Notes under the pieces: model-generated
The model's input: only the letters and a program-made list of their open reading frames with translations
The model's database searches: none
Told to the model about the DNA's origin: nothing
Assembly: GCA_012730105.1 (NCBI GenBank)
Contig: JAAYBJ010000278.1
Span: 444-64,443, forward strand
Reading direction: 5' to 3'
DNA length: 64,000 nucleotides
DNA from: Candidatus Hydrogenedentota bacterium
GTDB lineage: Bacteria > Hydrogenedentota > Hydrogenedentia > Hydrogenedentales > CAITNO01
Made by a program: the position numbers and the translations under genes
In this document: piece by piece, positions 1 to 10,000 of the stretch
Position numbering within the stretch: position 1 is the first letter of the stretch
How the letters are laid out: each line of letters starts with the position of its first letter

Positions 1-1821
1 TTCGGGGAGTTCGCAGCAGGAAGGCAGATGCCAGACGTCATACCGGTATACCGGCAAGGTGATGGTGTTGTCGCCATTCCAGTAATCAATATAGTCGATC
101 ACTGCCCGTTGCGCTTCCGTGGTGATTTCACAGCCCTCCCAGGCGCTTTCCGTCCCGGTCGGCGAAATCTGGACCACGAACAAATTGGCGGCCCGTTCAC
201 ACGGGTTCCCTTCGCTGTTGACTTCCACGCCCCACCAGTGCAGGTCGCACACCTGTCCCTCAGCGGCAAAGGTGTCGAAGCGCCATGGGGCCAGTCCTTC
301 CTCCGCCAGGAATTCATCACTCAGAAAATAGACGGGCGTGTATTCCGTGGTGAGTTCCTGGCCGTAAAGCAGATTTGTTTCGGGGCAGTAAAAGGCCTCT
401 TCCAACGCGCATGCTCCCAGGGATAGCACATAATCCACCGCGCTTCCGGGGGTGAGTACCGTTCCCGGGGCCGGTTTCTGGTTTAGGATGTTTCCCTCGG
501 GAACGGTGTTGTCACAACGTGCGGATACGTGTCCCTGCGTAAGAAGAGCCGCGGAAAGGGCATCTTCCGCCTCCTCCTGGTTCAAACCGGTAAGATTTGG
601 CGCAATTACCGGCGGAGCGTACTGCAAATAGGGATAACTTACGCTCTCAACAATCCCCCAGGTAGCGGTGAAATCCCACCCGGCGTCTGTGAAAGTTGTT
701 TGCATCTTCATCTCGACGGTGGGTTTGCCTGTGCCGCCGGAAGAGGTCTCCTGCCCGCTGGTTTCGATATCCCAAAAGGAGCCATTGACCACGCCAGTCG
801 TCCCGTTGCCGACCAGACCTCCGGTGAAGGTGGTTCCCGAAACCGGTCCGGCGGCGTAACAGTATTCCGCTTCCCCCAGGTTCTTGCCGAGAAGGCCGCC
901 GACGTTTTCCGTTCCCAGCACACCGCCGCCGGTGGCGTAACAATTCCGGATGGAGCCTGTTTCCAGGTTGGCGCCCGCAAGGCCGCCGGCCGAAACGCCG
1001 CCGGACAGGGCTCCCGAGGCAAAAGAGGAAGTGATGCTGCCCGCATTGGCCCCGGCCAGTCCCCCGGTGTCCGCTCCCGAATTCGTGACCAGGCCGATAG
1101 CAAACGACTGCACAATCGCCTGGTTATTCAAACCAACCAGGCCGCCGACACGGTTGCCGATGGCGGTTACCGTGCTTGCGGACGAGCAATATTCGATAAT
1201 GCCGGCGGTGCTTTCATCCGCACTGATGCCGTTCCGTCCCAGCAATCCGCCCGTAAACTGAAAGCCGCCGTTTACGGTGCCCTCTGCCTGGCATCTGGTG
1301 ACCCTTCCATATTCAAATTCACCGGCAAGGCCGCCGACCAGTGATTCCCCGTAAACAGCGCCTTCCGTGAAGCAGTCTTCGATGGTGGAACCCATAATTG
1401 TGCCGATCAGGGTGCCGACTTGGTACTGCCCCGTCACGACGCTTCCGAGAATACCGACATTCCTGATAATGGCAAGGCGGCCGGCGCAGGAGAAAAGGCC
1501 GATACGGTCGGACCCCGGACGGTTAATCACCAGGTTATAAATAACATAGCCCTGGCCGTCCAGAACACCCATAAAAGAGGTGGACTGGGTCCAGTAATCA
1601 TAGACACCGAGGGGGGCGAATCCCGCTCCGCCGTTCCATCCTGCGGTAGCCGAGGCGTCGATGTCATTGGTCAGTTCATATTCACCGGTAAGCGGATAGG
1701 CGGGGTCATTGCCGATCAGTTGAAGTTGTTCTATGGTGCTGATGGGAATCGGGACGGCTTGTGCCACGAAACACAAAAAGAATACCATGCACGAAATGAC
1801 CATACTGTGAAGCGTGCGCAT
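1..1821 (-). CDS. Secreted GLUG-repeat surface protein with PASTA-like domain (partial; C-terminus runs off window start)
   Basis: Hand translation of the minus strand from ATG 1821-1819 gives MRTLHSMVISCMVFFLCFVAQAV (signal peptide), then many GGLVG/GGLAG/GGLLG (GLUG-type) repeats, then PNLTGLNQEEAEDALSAALLTQGHVSARCDNTVPEGNILNQKPAPGTVLTPGSAVDYVLSLG (PASTA-like). The frame was checked at 1380-1321, 540-421, 420-361 and 60-1 with no stops. It is absent from the ORF track, presumably because it runs off the window edge. Confidence 0.6.
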   Translation of the reverse strand, partial: MRTLHSMVISCMVFFLCFVAQAVPIPISTIEQLQLIGNDPAYPLTGEYELTNDIDASATAGWNGGAGFAPLGVYDYWTQSTSFMGVLDGQGYVIYNLVINRPGSDRIGLFSCAGRLAIIRNVGILGSVVTGQYQVGTLIGTIMGSTIEDCFTEGAVYGESLVGGLAGEFEYGRVTRCQAEGTVNGGFQFTGGLLGRNGISADESTAGIIEYCSSASTVTAIGNRVGGLVGLNNQAIVQSFAIGLVTNSGADTGGLAGANAGSITSSFASGALSGGVSAGGLAGANLETGSIRNCYATGGGVLGTENVGGLLGKNLGEAEYCYAAGPVSGTTFTGGLVGNGTTGVVNGSFWDIETSGQETSSGGTGKPTVEMKMQTTFTDAGWDFTATWGIVESVSYPYLQYAPPVIAPNLTGLNQEEAEDALSAALLTQGHVSARCDNTVPEGNILNQKPAPGTVLTPGSAVDYVLSLGACALEEAFYCPETNLLYGQELTTEYTPVYFLSDEFLAEEGLAPWRFDTFAAEGQVCDLHWWGVEVNSEGNPCERAANLFVVQISPTGTESAWEGCEITTEAQRAVIDYIDYWNGDNTITLPVYRYDVWHLPSCCELPE

Positions 1822-2189
1822 ATCCCTGCTCCTTATCGGTTGCGGTCGTTTGCCGGGCGAAGCCTGTAAAAACTTATCATCCTGTGGATTTCCATGGTCT
1901 GCATAGGCTCGTTTCCAAGTTTTACTTGGGAACGCAATTTTTCGCGAAGTTCCACTTCGCATCCGCGGATTTTCATGGCCAGTATATCACGTATTCCCCT
2001 GAATTTGTCCGAAAGCGCTTGCCGACAGGATTTTGCAACAGCCACTTCTATTGGCGTATAACTACTCCATCTTAAAAGTGGATGTTTGCCGGGACGGAGG
2101 AGTACCCGTTCCCCGAAATGTGTGTGTTGTTAACAAGGGCCGTGCCCGGGCTGAGTTTAGCCGCGGGACATAACCGGGAGGATGTACCC

Positions 2190-3626
2190 ATGACGAGCTA
2201 CCTGGGTGTGGATGCGCAGTTTACTCTGGCTGCAAGTGTCGCGTTTTCTGGCGTGTTTGCCTTGGGAGTCATTTTCTCCATTCTGGGCAGTGTGAAACTC
2301 AAGCTTGCCGAGGCGCTCAAAATAGATGATGCCAAGGTCGGCAAGCTTATTTCCGCGCTGATGTTCAGCTGCATGATTGCCCTGCTGTTCATAGGCCCGT
2401 TGACGGATGCGCTGGGCTACAAGGTGATTGCGCTGACGGGCTTTGCTTTGGGCGCGGTTTGCGTCTGGATGCTGGCTGGCGCCCGTTCCTTCGGCGCGGC
2501 CTTGTTCGCATGCCTGCTGATGGGCATCGCCGCAATGTGCGTGAACGTGGTGGGCAATGATCTGGGCGTAAAGGTGTTGTTCGGCGGGGGTAACGCCGCG
2601 CGGGCCAGTAATTTGCTGAATGTGTTTTTCGGATTGGGCGCGCTCATCACGCCCCTTATCCTGGCCTACCTGCTCGCATTTTTGGGCTATAAGAAGACGG
2701 TGGGACTAATCGGCGTAATTCTGTTTATCCCTATCGTTTATGCGTCTTTTACCGCGTTTCCGCAGCCTGCCTCCGGATTTGAGTTCAGCCAGGTTCTGGG
2801 CTTGCTTTCGAATACCGCAGCATTAATGAGCGGTCTCACCCTGTTCTTCTACATCGCCCTGGAATCCACCATGGCGGGGTTTGTTTCCACCTACCTGAAA
2901 GAACATAAATTCGCGGACAAGACGGCGAATACCCTGCTCAGTGCGTTTTGGATCAGCCTGATGGCCGCCCGGTTGACTACCGCCATTTTCTTCTCCGGAC
3001 AAGTGGACCCGGCCATGCTCGTGCCCATCCTTGGCATATTGGTGGTTATTGGCATCGGCATTATGGTCATGGCCTCTTCTCCCGCCATGGGCGTGGTTGG
3101 CACCCTGGTAACGGGTTTCGCGCTGGGCCCGATTTTCCCGACCCTGGTAGGCGTGGCCTATTTAAAGACAGATGCCATGAACGCAGGCACGGGGGCATCC
3201 ATGTTCAGTCTGATTTTTGCCATCGGCCTGCTTGGCGGTACCCTTGTTCCGCCGCTTATCGGTTCTTATGCGGCAAAGAGCACCCTGCAGAAAGGGTTGA
3301 ATATCGCATTGGTGGTTGCCGTGGCCCTGGTCGTGGCGAGCTGTGTGTTGTGGCTGGCTATCCCGCCGGTTCAGGCGGCACCTGCGCCGGTGTCCGCCGA
3401 AGTGGAAACGCAGGATGTGGTTATTGAACCACCGGTGGTTGAAATCGAAGAAGCGATGCCGGTAGGCGCTCCGCCGGCCGTGACGGAAACGGTCTCCGAA
3501 TCGGAAGCCGCGCTGGTGCCCGAAGCACCTGCCGTGCCCGAAGCACCCGCTGCGCCTGCCGCGCCCGAAGCGCCTGCCGCGCCCGAAGCGCCCGCTGCGC
3601 CCCCTGCCGAGGGAACACAACCATAA
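2190..3626 (+). CDS. MFS transporter (FucP/glucose-galactose-like), with Pro/Ala-rich C-terminal tail
   Basis: About 12 hydrophobic helices. LGSVKLKLAEALKIDDAKVGKLISALMF resembles the FucP family. GGGAGG RBS lies upstream of ATG 2190. The C-terminus carries APEAPAAP tandem repeats. Confidence 0.7.
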   Translation: MTSYLGVDAQFTLAASVAFSGVFALGVIFSILGSVKLKLAEALKIDDAKVGKLISALMFSCMIALLFIGPLTDALGYKVIALTGFALGAVCVWMLAGARSFGAALFACLLMGIAAMCVNVVGNDLGVKVLFGGGNAARASNLLNVFFGLGALITPLILAYLLAFLGYKKTVGLIGVILFIPIVYASFTAFPQPASGFEFSQVLGLLSNTAALMSGLTLFFYIALESTMAGFVSTYLKEHKFADKTANTLLSAFWISLMAARLTTAIFFSGQVDPAMLVPILGILVVIGIGIMVMASSPAMGVVGTLVTGFALGPIFPTLVGVAYLKTDAMNAGTGASMFSLIFAIGLLGGTLVPPLIGSYAAKSTLQKGLNIALVVAVALVVASCVLWLAIPPVQAAPAPVSAEVETQDVVIEPPVVEIEEAMPVGAPPAVTETVSESEAALVPEAPAVPEAPAAPAAPEAPAAPEAPAAPPAEGTQP

Positions 3627-3681
3627 GGGAGTCCGGCTGTAAGATAGTACGGATGAAAATGAATGATGCCGGCGTAAAGTT

Positions 3682-3720
3682 CGGCGCAGCGATGCGCGGT
3701 TTTGCGCCGGCTTCTTTTGT
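3682..3720 (+). terminator. Candidate intrinsic terminator after MFS gene
   Basis: Stem cggcgca(3682-3688)/tgcgccg(3703-3709) followed by gcttcttttgt (T-rich). Confidence 0.4.
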
Positions 3721-3759
3721 GGCAATCAAGTGGATGTATGCAGGAAAGATACCAGGAGT

Positions 3760-5112
3760 ATGACAGGTTCAGGAAATAAAGCGCGTATCGGCATTGTTGT
3801 GCTGGGTTGTGACAAAAATACGGCCGATGCGGAACATTTCGCCGGCAGGCTCGAAGAACGGCTTTCGAAACGGGTGACGGTCCTGGCTGCGGGGACTCCC
3901 GATGACAGCCCGCCGGATTTGGACGCTGTTATTATTTTTACCTGCGCCTTTATCCACGATGCCAAGACGGAATCCGTGGAAATGATACTGGCGTGGACCA
4001 CATTCAGGACGGAGTGGGGCGTGCCCGGCCGGGTCTATGTGGCCGGCTGTCTTTCTGAACGCTACAGGAAGGAACTGGAAGCGGAAATACCCGAGGTGGA
4101 CGCCTTTGTGGGCATTCATGAACTGGATGCGTTGCTGGCGCGTATTGGCGGGATGGTTTCCGAAGAAGCTGTTGCCTGTGATGAATTTACGCCCCGGAAG
4201 CGGCTTACCGACATGCCCTATGGGTTTCTGAAAATCGCCGATGGTTGTGACAGGAAATGTACCTTCTGTGTGATTCCAGATATTAAAGGGCCCTTTGCTT
4301 CCCTTCCGAAGGAGACATTACTGGCCGACGCCGCCGCCCTGGTGGCTTCTGGTGTCCGTGAAATTAACCTGGTAGCCCAGGACACGACCGCCTACGGAAA
4401 GGACCTGTATGCGCATTACGGGCTGGCCGAGCTGCTTGGCGATTTGTGTGCCCTTCCGGGGGACTTTTGGATCCGCTGCCTCTATTGCTATCCCAACGGC
4501 ATTACGGACGCCCTGATCGCACAGATGGTGGCCCAGTCGAAAATCGCGCCTTACTTGGACATACCGTTGCAGCATGTGTCCCCGCCTGTGCTGAAGGCCA
4601 TGGGCAGGCCGGAAAAAGCGCGAGACGTGGCGGCGCTCTTGGGCCGTCTGCGCAGGGAGATACCCGGTATGGTGTTACGAACGACCATGCTGGTGGGCTT
4701 CCCGGGGGAAACGGAAGAAGATCATCAGGCCATGCTGAAATTCATAGAGGAACAGCATTTCGAGTGGCTCGGCGCTTTTACTTACAGCGCAGAAGAGGGG
4801 AGTCCGGCGGCCCGGATGAAAGGCCACGTTCCTGGTCCGGTTGCGCGGCGGCGCCGGGAGGCCGTCATGGCACTCCAGGCGGAGATCACGGAAGCATTCA
4901 ACCAGCGCCGAGAAGGGCATGAAGATAGGGTGCTCATAGAGGAGTTCGACCGGGAGATGGGGCTGTGGAAAGGGCGAAGCCGTGCCGAAGCCCCTGAGGT
5001 GGACGGCGCGGTATACGTTGAGGCGGATCCAAGCCTGGCGTCCGGAATCTTTGTTCGGGTAAGGATGACCCGGGCCGATGGCTACGATATCCACGCGCGC
5101 GTAACGCCGTGA
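3760..5112 (+). CDS. rimO: Ribosomal protein S12 methylthiotransferase RimO (MiaB-family radical SAM + TRAM)
   Basis: MTTase N-domain (IGIVVLGCDKNTADAEHF). Radical SAM CDRKCTFC motif. C-terminal TRAM-like region. The ORF opens at GTG 3730; ATG 3760 was chosen as start. Confidence 0.8.
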   Translation: MTGSGNKARIGIVVLGCDKNTADAEHFAGRLEERLSKRVTVLAAGTPDDSPPDLDAVIIFTCAFIHDAKTESVEMILAWTTFRTEWGVPGRVYVAGCLSERYRKELEAEIPEVDAFVGIHELDALLARIGGMVSEEAVACDEFTPRKRLTDMPYGFLKIADGCDRKCTFCVIPDIKGPFASLPKETLLADAAALVASGVREINLVAQDTTAYGKDLYAHYGLAELLGDLCALPGDFWIRCLYCYPNGITDALIAQMVAQSKIAPYLDIPLQHVSPPVLKAMGRPEKARDVAALLGRLRREIPGMVLRTTMLVGFPGETEEDHQAMLKFIEEQHFEWLGAFTYSAEEGSPAARMKGHVPGPVARRRREAVMALQAEITEAFNQRREGHEDRVLIEEFDREMGLWKGRSRAEAPEVDGAVYVEADPSLASGIFVRVRMTRADGYDIHARVTP

Positions 5113-5201
5113 GCCCTGCGTCAATAAGACCACCTTTAAAAGCAGGGTTGTCATGAATCGCGCGTTTACGGGGGTCCGCGCTTATATGGTATGATTAGGT
5201 C

Positions 5202-7049
5202 ATGATGAAATGTGCAGACATGGAAGCGCTTTTTCGGCGTAATAAAGCCCTTTTCGCTTTGAAAAACATCTGCGCCCTCCTGGTGGCGCTTGCCTGCTTT
5301 TCGTGGGCGGTTTCGGTCCTGGCGGAACCCGACGGCATACCGCAGGTAAAACTCAACGGCGTGGAGACGCCCAATCTTCGGAACCTGCTGGAAGGCCTTT
5401 CGCCCGCCCTATGGCAGAATAAAAACGCGCCGGCGTCCGAGGCTGCGTTGCGGGGACCGGCGCGCCGCCACCAGGAACGGCTAAGGAAGGCCCTTCAATC
5501 CGAGGGCTATTACAGCGCGGCAGTCGATTTTACGGTTTCGTGGTCTGAATCCGCGCCGGAAGCGGTTTTTAATATTGTCCCGGGACCCTTATATCACCTT
5601 GAGGAAATCAATGTCCGGGTCTGGCGGGACGCGGCGGAACAGGGACAACCGGAAGAAATCCTTCCAGCCGCCCTCGAAACGGGTCTGCAATCGGGGTCGC
5701 CCGCGCGTTCCGTGCCGCTCCTCGACGCGGAACAGCGGATTGTTCGACAACTTACCGGCATGGGATATCCCTATGCGCGTGCTGTTGACCGGGAAGCCGA
5801 GGTCGATCATGACAAGGCCGCCATGTATATCACCTATCTGCTCGAATCCGGGGAACGCCTTTCTTTTGGTACGCCGCGGATTTCTGGTTTGGAAAAGGTG
5901 CGCCTGGAAACCGTACAGCGTGAAATCGTCTGGACCGAAGGCGGCTGGTTCGATCAGGAATTGCTGGAAAAGACCCGGGATAAACTGCAGGAAAGCGGCC
6001 TGTTCACCCTGGTGCGCGTGAATCCCGCGCCGCCCGACGCGGTTGAGGACGGCCGAATCCCCATAGACATGGAATTCAATGAACGGCGCCATCGGACGAT
6101 CAGCCTGGGGCTGCAATACCGCACGGACGAGGGGGTCGGTGTGGCGGCGGATTGGGAACATCGGAATTTTATGAAACTGGGCCGCAGCCTGCGCCTCCGC
6201 AGCCAGGTGACGGAGCTGGAACAGAATTTCAGCGTGAACTATGACATCCCCGAGTTTATGGGTTCCAGAGACACGCTGACCTTACAGGCGAAAACGGCGC
6301 AGATTGAAACGGATTTCTACCAGAGCCGTCGTATGGATATCGGCGCCTGGTTGGAACACCCTTTTTCACCGGAGCGTTCCCTGGGATTCGGGCCGGCCCT
6401 GCGGGCAAGCCGGGTCAAGGAAACCTCCCGCGCTCAGAACTATTACCTCTTTTCGTTTCCGTTTCAATTCAGCCTCGATCATCGCAATGACCGCATGGAC
6501 CCGACACGGGGATACCGCTTTACGGACCGGTTGACCCCCTTTATGGATGTCCATGACACGGGGGTATGGTTCGTGAAGAATGAACTTACCCTCGCGGCGT
6601 TTTTCCCGTTGGGCGAGGAGTCCGGGTATACCCTGGCCGCGCGCCTTCACCTGGGCATGGCGGGGGGTGCGTCCCTGTCTAAAATACCGGCCGATGAACG
6701 GTTCTACGCCGGTGGCGGCGGCAGCATCCGCGGGTACGCCTACCAGGATGTGGGGCCGCTGGATAAGAACGGCGATCCTATTGGCGGCCGTTCCGTAACG
6801 GACTGGTCCCTTGAATTGCGAAAACGGCTGAACGAGCAGTTCGGCCTGGTCGTCTTTGTTGACGGGGGCGCTACCCATGAAAGCCCCTACTTCGATTTCA
6901 AGGATACCGTGCAGTGGGGCGCCGGGATCGGTATACGATACTTCACGCCCATAGGCCCCATGCGTTTTGACGTGGCCGTGCCCCTGAACCGCCGCAAAGA
7001 AATCGACAATGCCGTCCAGTTTTACATCAGTATCGGACAGGCCTTTTAA
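5202..7049 (+). CDS. tamA: Omp85-family outer membrane protein, TamA-like (POTRA + Bac_surface_Ag barrel)
   Basis: Signal peptide. Barrel terminus ...AVQFYISIGQAF is a typical Omp85 end. Immediately followed by tamB with a 2-nt gap. Confidence 0.75.
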   Translation: MMKCADMEALFRRNKALFALKNICALLVALACFSWAVSVLAEPDGIPQVKLNGVETPNLRNLLEGLSPALWQNKNAPASEAALRGPARRHQERLRKALQSEGYYSAAVDFTVSWSESAPEAVFNIVPGPLYHLEEINVRVWRDAAEQGQPEEILPAALETGLQSGSPARSVPLLDAEQRIVRQLTGMGYPYARAVDREAEVDHDKAAMYITYLLESGERLSFGTPRISGLEKVRLETVQREIVWTEGGWFDQELLEKTRDKLQESGLFTLVRVNPAPPDAVEDGRIPIDMEFNERRHRTISLGLQYRTDEGVGVAADWEHRNFMKLGRSLRLRSQVTELEQNFSVNYDIPEFMGSRDTLTLQAKTAQIETDFYQSRRMDIGAWLEHPFSPERSLGFGPALRASRVKETSRAQNYYLFSFPFQFSLDHRNDRMDPTRGYRFTDRLTPFMDVHDTGVWFVKNELTLAAFFPLGEESGYTLAARLHLGMAGGASLSKIPADERFYAGGGGSIRGYAYQDVGPLDKNGDPIGGRSVTDWSLELRKRLNEQFGLVVFVDGGATHESPYFDFKDTVQWGAGIGIRYFTPIGPMRFDVAVPLNRRKEIDNAVQFYISIGQAF

Positions 7050-7051
7050 TC

Positions 7052-10000
7052 ATGCGTGATGCCACCAGAATACGTCGCTGGCTGCGCCGGGGGCTCTATT
7101 GTGCCGTGGGTATGCTTGTCCTGTTTTTCGCTGCGGCCGTGACGATACAGACCCCGCCGGGGAAAGCGATGCTGGTTCGCGGTATTACCTATTTCGTGAA
7201 CCAACACACGTCTTTCACCATCGAAATCGAAGGCCTTTCCGGATGGCTGCCCGGACAGGTGCGCCTGGCGTCCCTGTATCTCGCGGACACCCGCGGCCCC
7301 TTTGTGGACATAGAAGACCTTGATCTGCGCCTTGTGTCGGCACAGCTGCTGCGGGGGCGCATCCGGTTGACGAAGCTGGATATCGGCCACCTGAAACTGT
7401 GGAACCGGCCCATTCCCAAGCAGAAATGGCGCATCCCGCGCATACCGGAAATACCTGTTTGGCCCCATATAGACGCATTGAACATCAAGCGCATGGTGCT
7501 GGACGAAGCGGTGATGGGCAGGGAAGCGGAACTTGCGATTACCGGGAAAGTCACTCCTGTGGAAGGGGCGTCCTTTCCCGAAACCGCCCTGGAGATTACG
7601 GGGCCGGAGACGGCGGACACTACGCGGGCGTCCTTTTCCTTTCATTATGTGGACGGCCTGCCGCAAATCTGGCTGGAGGCTTACGATGAAAGCCTGTTGC
7701 CCGCGTTTCTCGATGTGCCCCCGCCGCTGGTTGCGCAGGTTGACGGCAGGGGCGGCAGGGCGGACTGGAAAGGGCGGGTCGCCGTGACTGCGGGGGATGA
7801 TGATACGCTCTTTGAAGGCGATGCCCGACTGATGGAGGGGGTAAGCTCCACGGTTGAGGCCGACCTGATGATTAACGTAACCCGCACGCCCTTTCTTTCG
7901 GACTACGCGGAGTATCTGGGTGGCAGACTGGACGCGCGTCTTGCTGCCGTTCTTGACGGAAACGGACTTCTGGCGGTCAAATCCTGTGACATCACGTCCG
8001 AGTTTCTTAAGGCGGTCCTTGGCGGGGAGATTCAACTGGAACAAAAGCAGGCTGGCCTCTCGTTGCGCGTCGCGCATGCGGATATTTCACGGATTCCGGG
8101 AATGGACGCCGATAAAGGGGTTCTGCCAGCGGAACTCGATCTGGAAATCAAAGGCCCCTTTTCTGAACTTGCGGTTGCAGGCAAAGCATCCGTTAGTACG
8201 ATGGTCGTATTGGAGGCCGATCTGCGCGGGGGATTGGCCGAAACAGCCTCCTTGGGCGGTGTCGTTACCGTGTATCCCGGCCGCCTTCCTCTCGTTAAGA
8301 TGCCCTATACGGGCGGAGAATCTCTGAGGCTTGATTTCGATGGTTCTTTTGACGAACAAGCCGGGGTCCTGCAGGTGAAGCATGCGGACGTTACCGCGGC
8401 CGGGGCGCACCTTACTTTTCAGGGCAACTACGTGCCGGAGCAGCCTGCATTGAACCTCAAGGCGCATTTGGACGCCCCTGACCTGGCGACGACTGGCGCA
8501 CTGTTTGGATTCGCCCTGACGGGCGGTATGGCGGGGGATGTGGAATCGAGTGGGGGCGAATCAGGGCTGGAGTTCACCCTGAAACTGGAGGGATCCGGGC
8601 TGGAGGCCTTCTCCGTCTCCGGGCAACAGGCGCTCGTGACAGTGCAGGGGCGGTGTGGAGAATGGCACCGGATGCCGCCCCGGGCAGTATCGGCGACGGT
8701 GAACGCACAAGGACAGGGACTGATTCTGGCCGACAGGCATGCTGGAGACTGGAATCTGGCGATAAATGTGGAAGCGGACGACTGGACGAAGCTGAAGGCG
8801 CGGGACATGCTGCTTACGGACGGCAACGCCCGGTTAACGGGTGAAGGCGTTTTCGCGCTGTCAGAGAAGCACCTTGATTTGGAGCTTCAGGCGGATGTTT
8901 CCTCTCTTGCCGCCTTGCCCGTCGATATCGAAGGCCTGCCGGACGGCTCGTTGAATGCGCGAGCCAACATTGGAGGCACGTTTCAGCCCCTTTCCCTTGA
9001 TTTGCGGCTCGATACGGATCTCGGGGCCCTGGGTGGATTGCCGGCGCCTGTGGCCGCGCTGACAGGCAATGAAGTTCATCTTGGGGCGGAGGGTGTTATT
9101 TCCACGGAAGCGATCCGCTTTCCCAGGTTTGTTGTTTCCGGCCGCGCCTGCCAGGTGGAAGGCAATGCTTCCTATGGCATGCAAAGCGGAGAGGTGCTTG
9201 CGGGGGTGCGCGTGACGGTGCCGGACCTCAAACCGGTCGGCGCCGCATTGACTAAGAAACTTTCTGGTGGGATGTCCTTGGAAGCGGAACTGCGGGGGCC
9301 GGTCCGGGATCTATCCGCCCACGCCGATATCCGGGGAACGGATATTGTCTTTGAAGCGAATCCCTCTGCGCAGATGAATGTTGCGCTGGAGGGGTCCGGC
9401 TTGTCCGGTGAGCATCCCGAAGTCTCCTTGGATGCGCGCATGGAAATCGGAGGGGAGGCGATGAGCGCCACGGGCCTTGCCACACTGGATGCCGGCCGGA
9501 TTGTTGTTGCGCCGATGAAACTCAAATCGGGCGCCAACGAGGTTTCCGGCCGTATCGCCTACAACCTGGACTCCCGCAAGCCGGAGGCGGAACTTACAGC
9601 CGCGTTAAATGACCTGCAGTCCCTGGGACGCATGGCGGGCGCAGCCTGCTCGGGCAGTGCGGATGGGAAGGTGACTCTTGATGACGGCGCCATTACGGCC
9701 GATATGAAGGCGCGGTCCGTGACCTACGGGAGTATGAAGGCCGCCGATATCCATCTGAGCACGCGTATGAAGCACGACGGGAAAGGCTATTCCGGAACCA
9801 CAGGCATGGATGCTTCAGGAATACAGGCCGGCATGGCAGGACTGTCCTCCCTCAAGATCAACGTGGACGGGGGCCTAAACGAAGCCGCCATGACCATCGC
9901 TGCCGAGGGGGCCCTGACCGGAGGTGCGACGGAATCGCAGCCCTTCACCCTGCGCGTGAAAAGTCGGGTATTTCCCGGCGAACGCAGTGTGATCGTGGAA

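Noticed and set aside
28-1869. Plus-strand ORFs 28..426, 529..1344 and 1420..1869.
   Set aside because: The minus strand encodes a continuous signal-peptide protein with GLUG repeats and a PASTA-like domain that is internally consistent. The plus-strand translations are Gly/Arg-rich nonsense.
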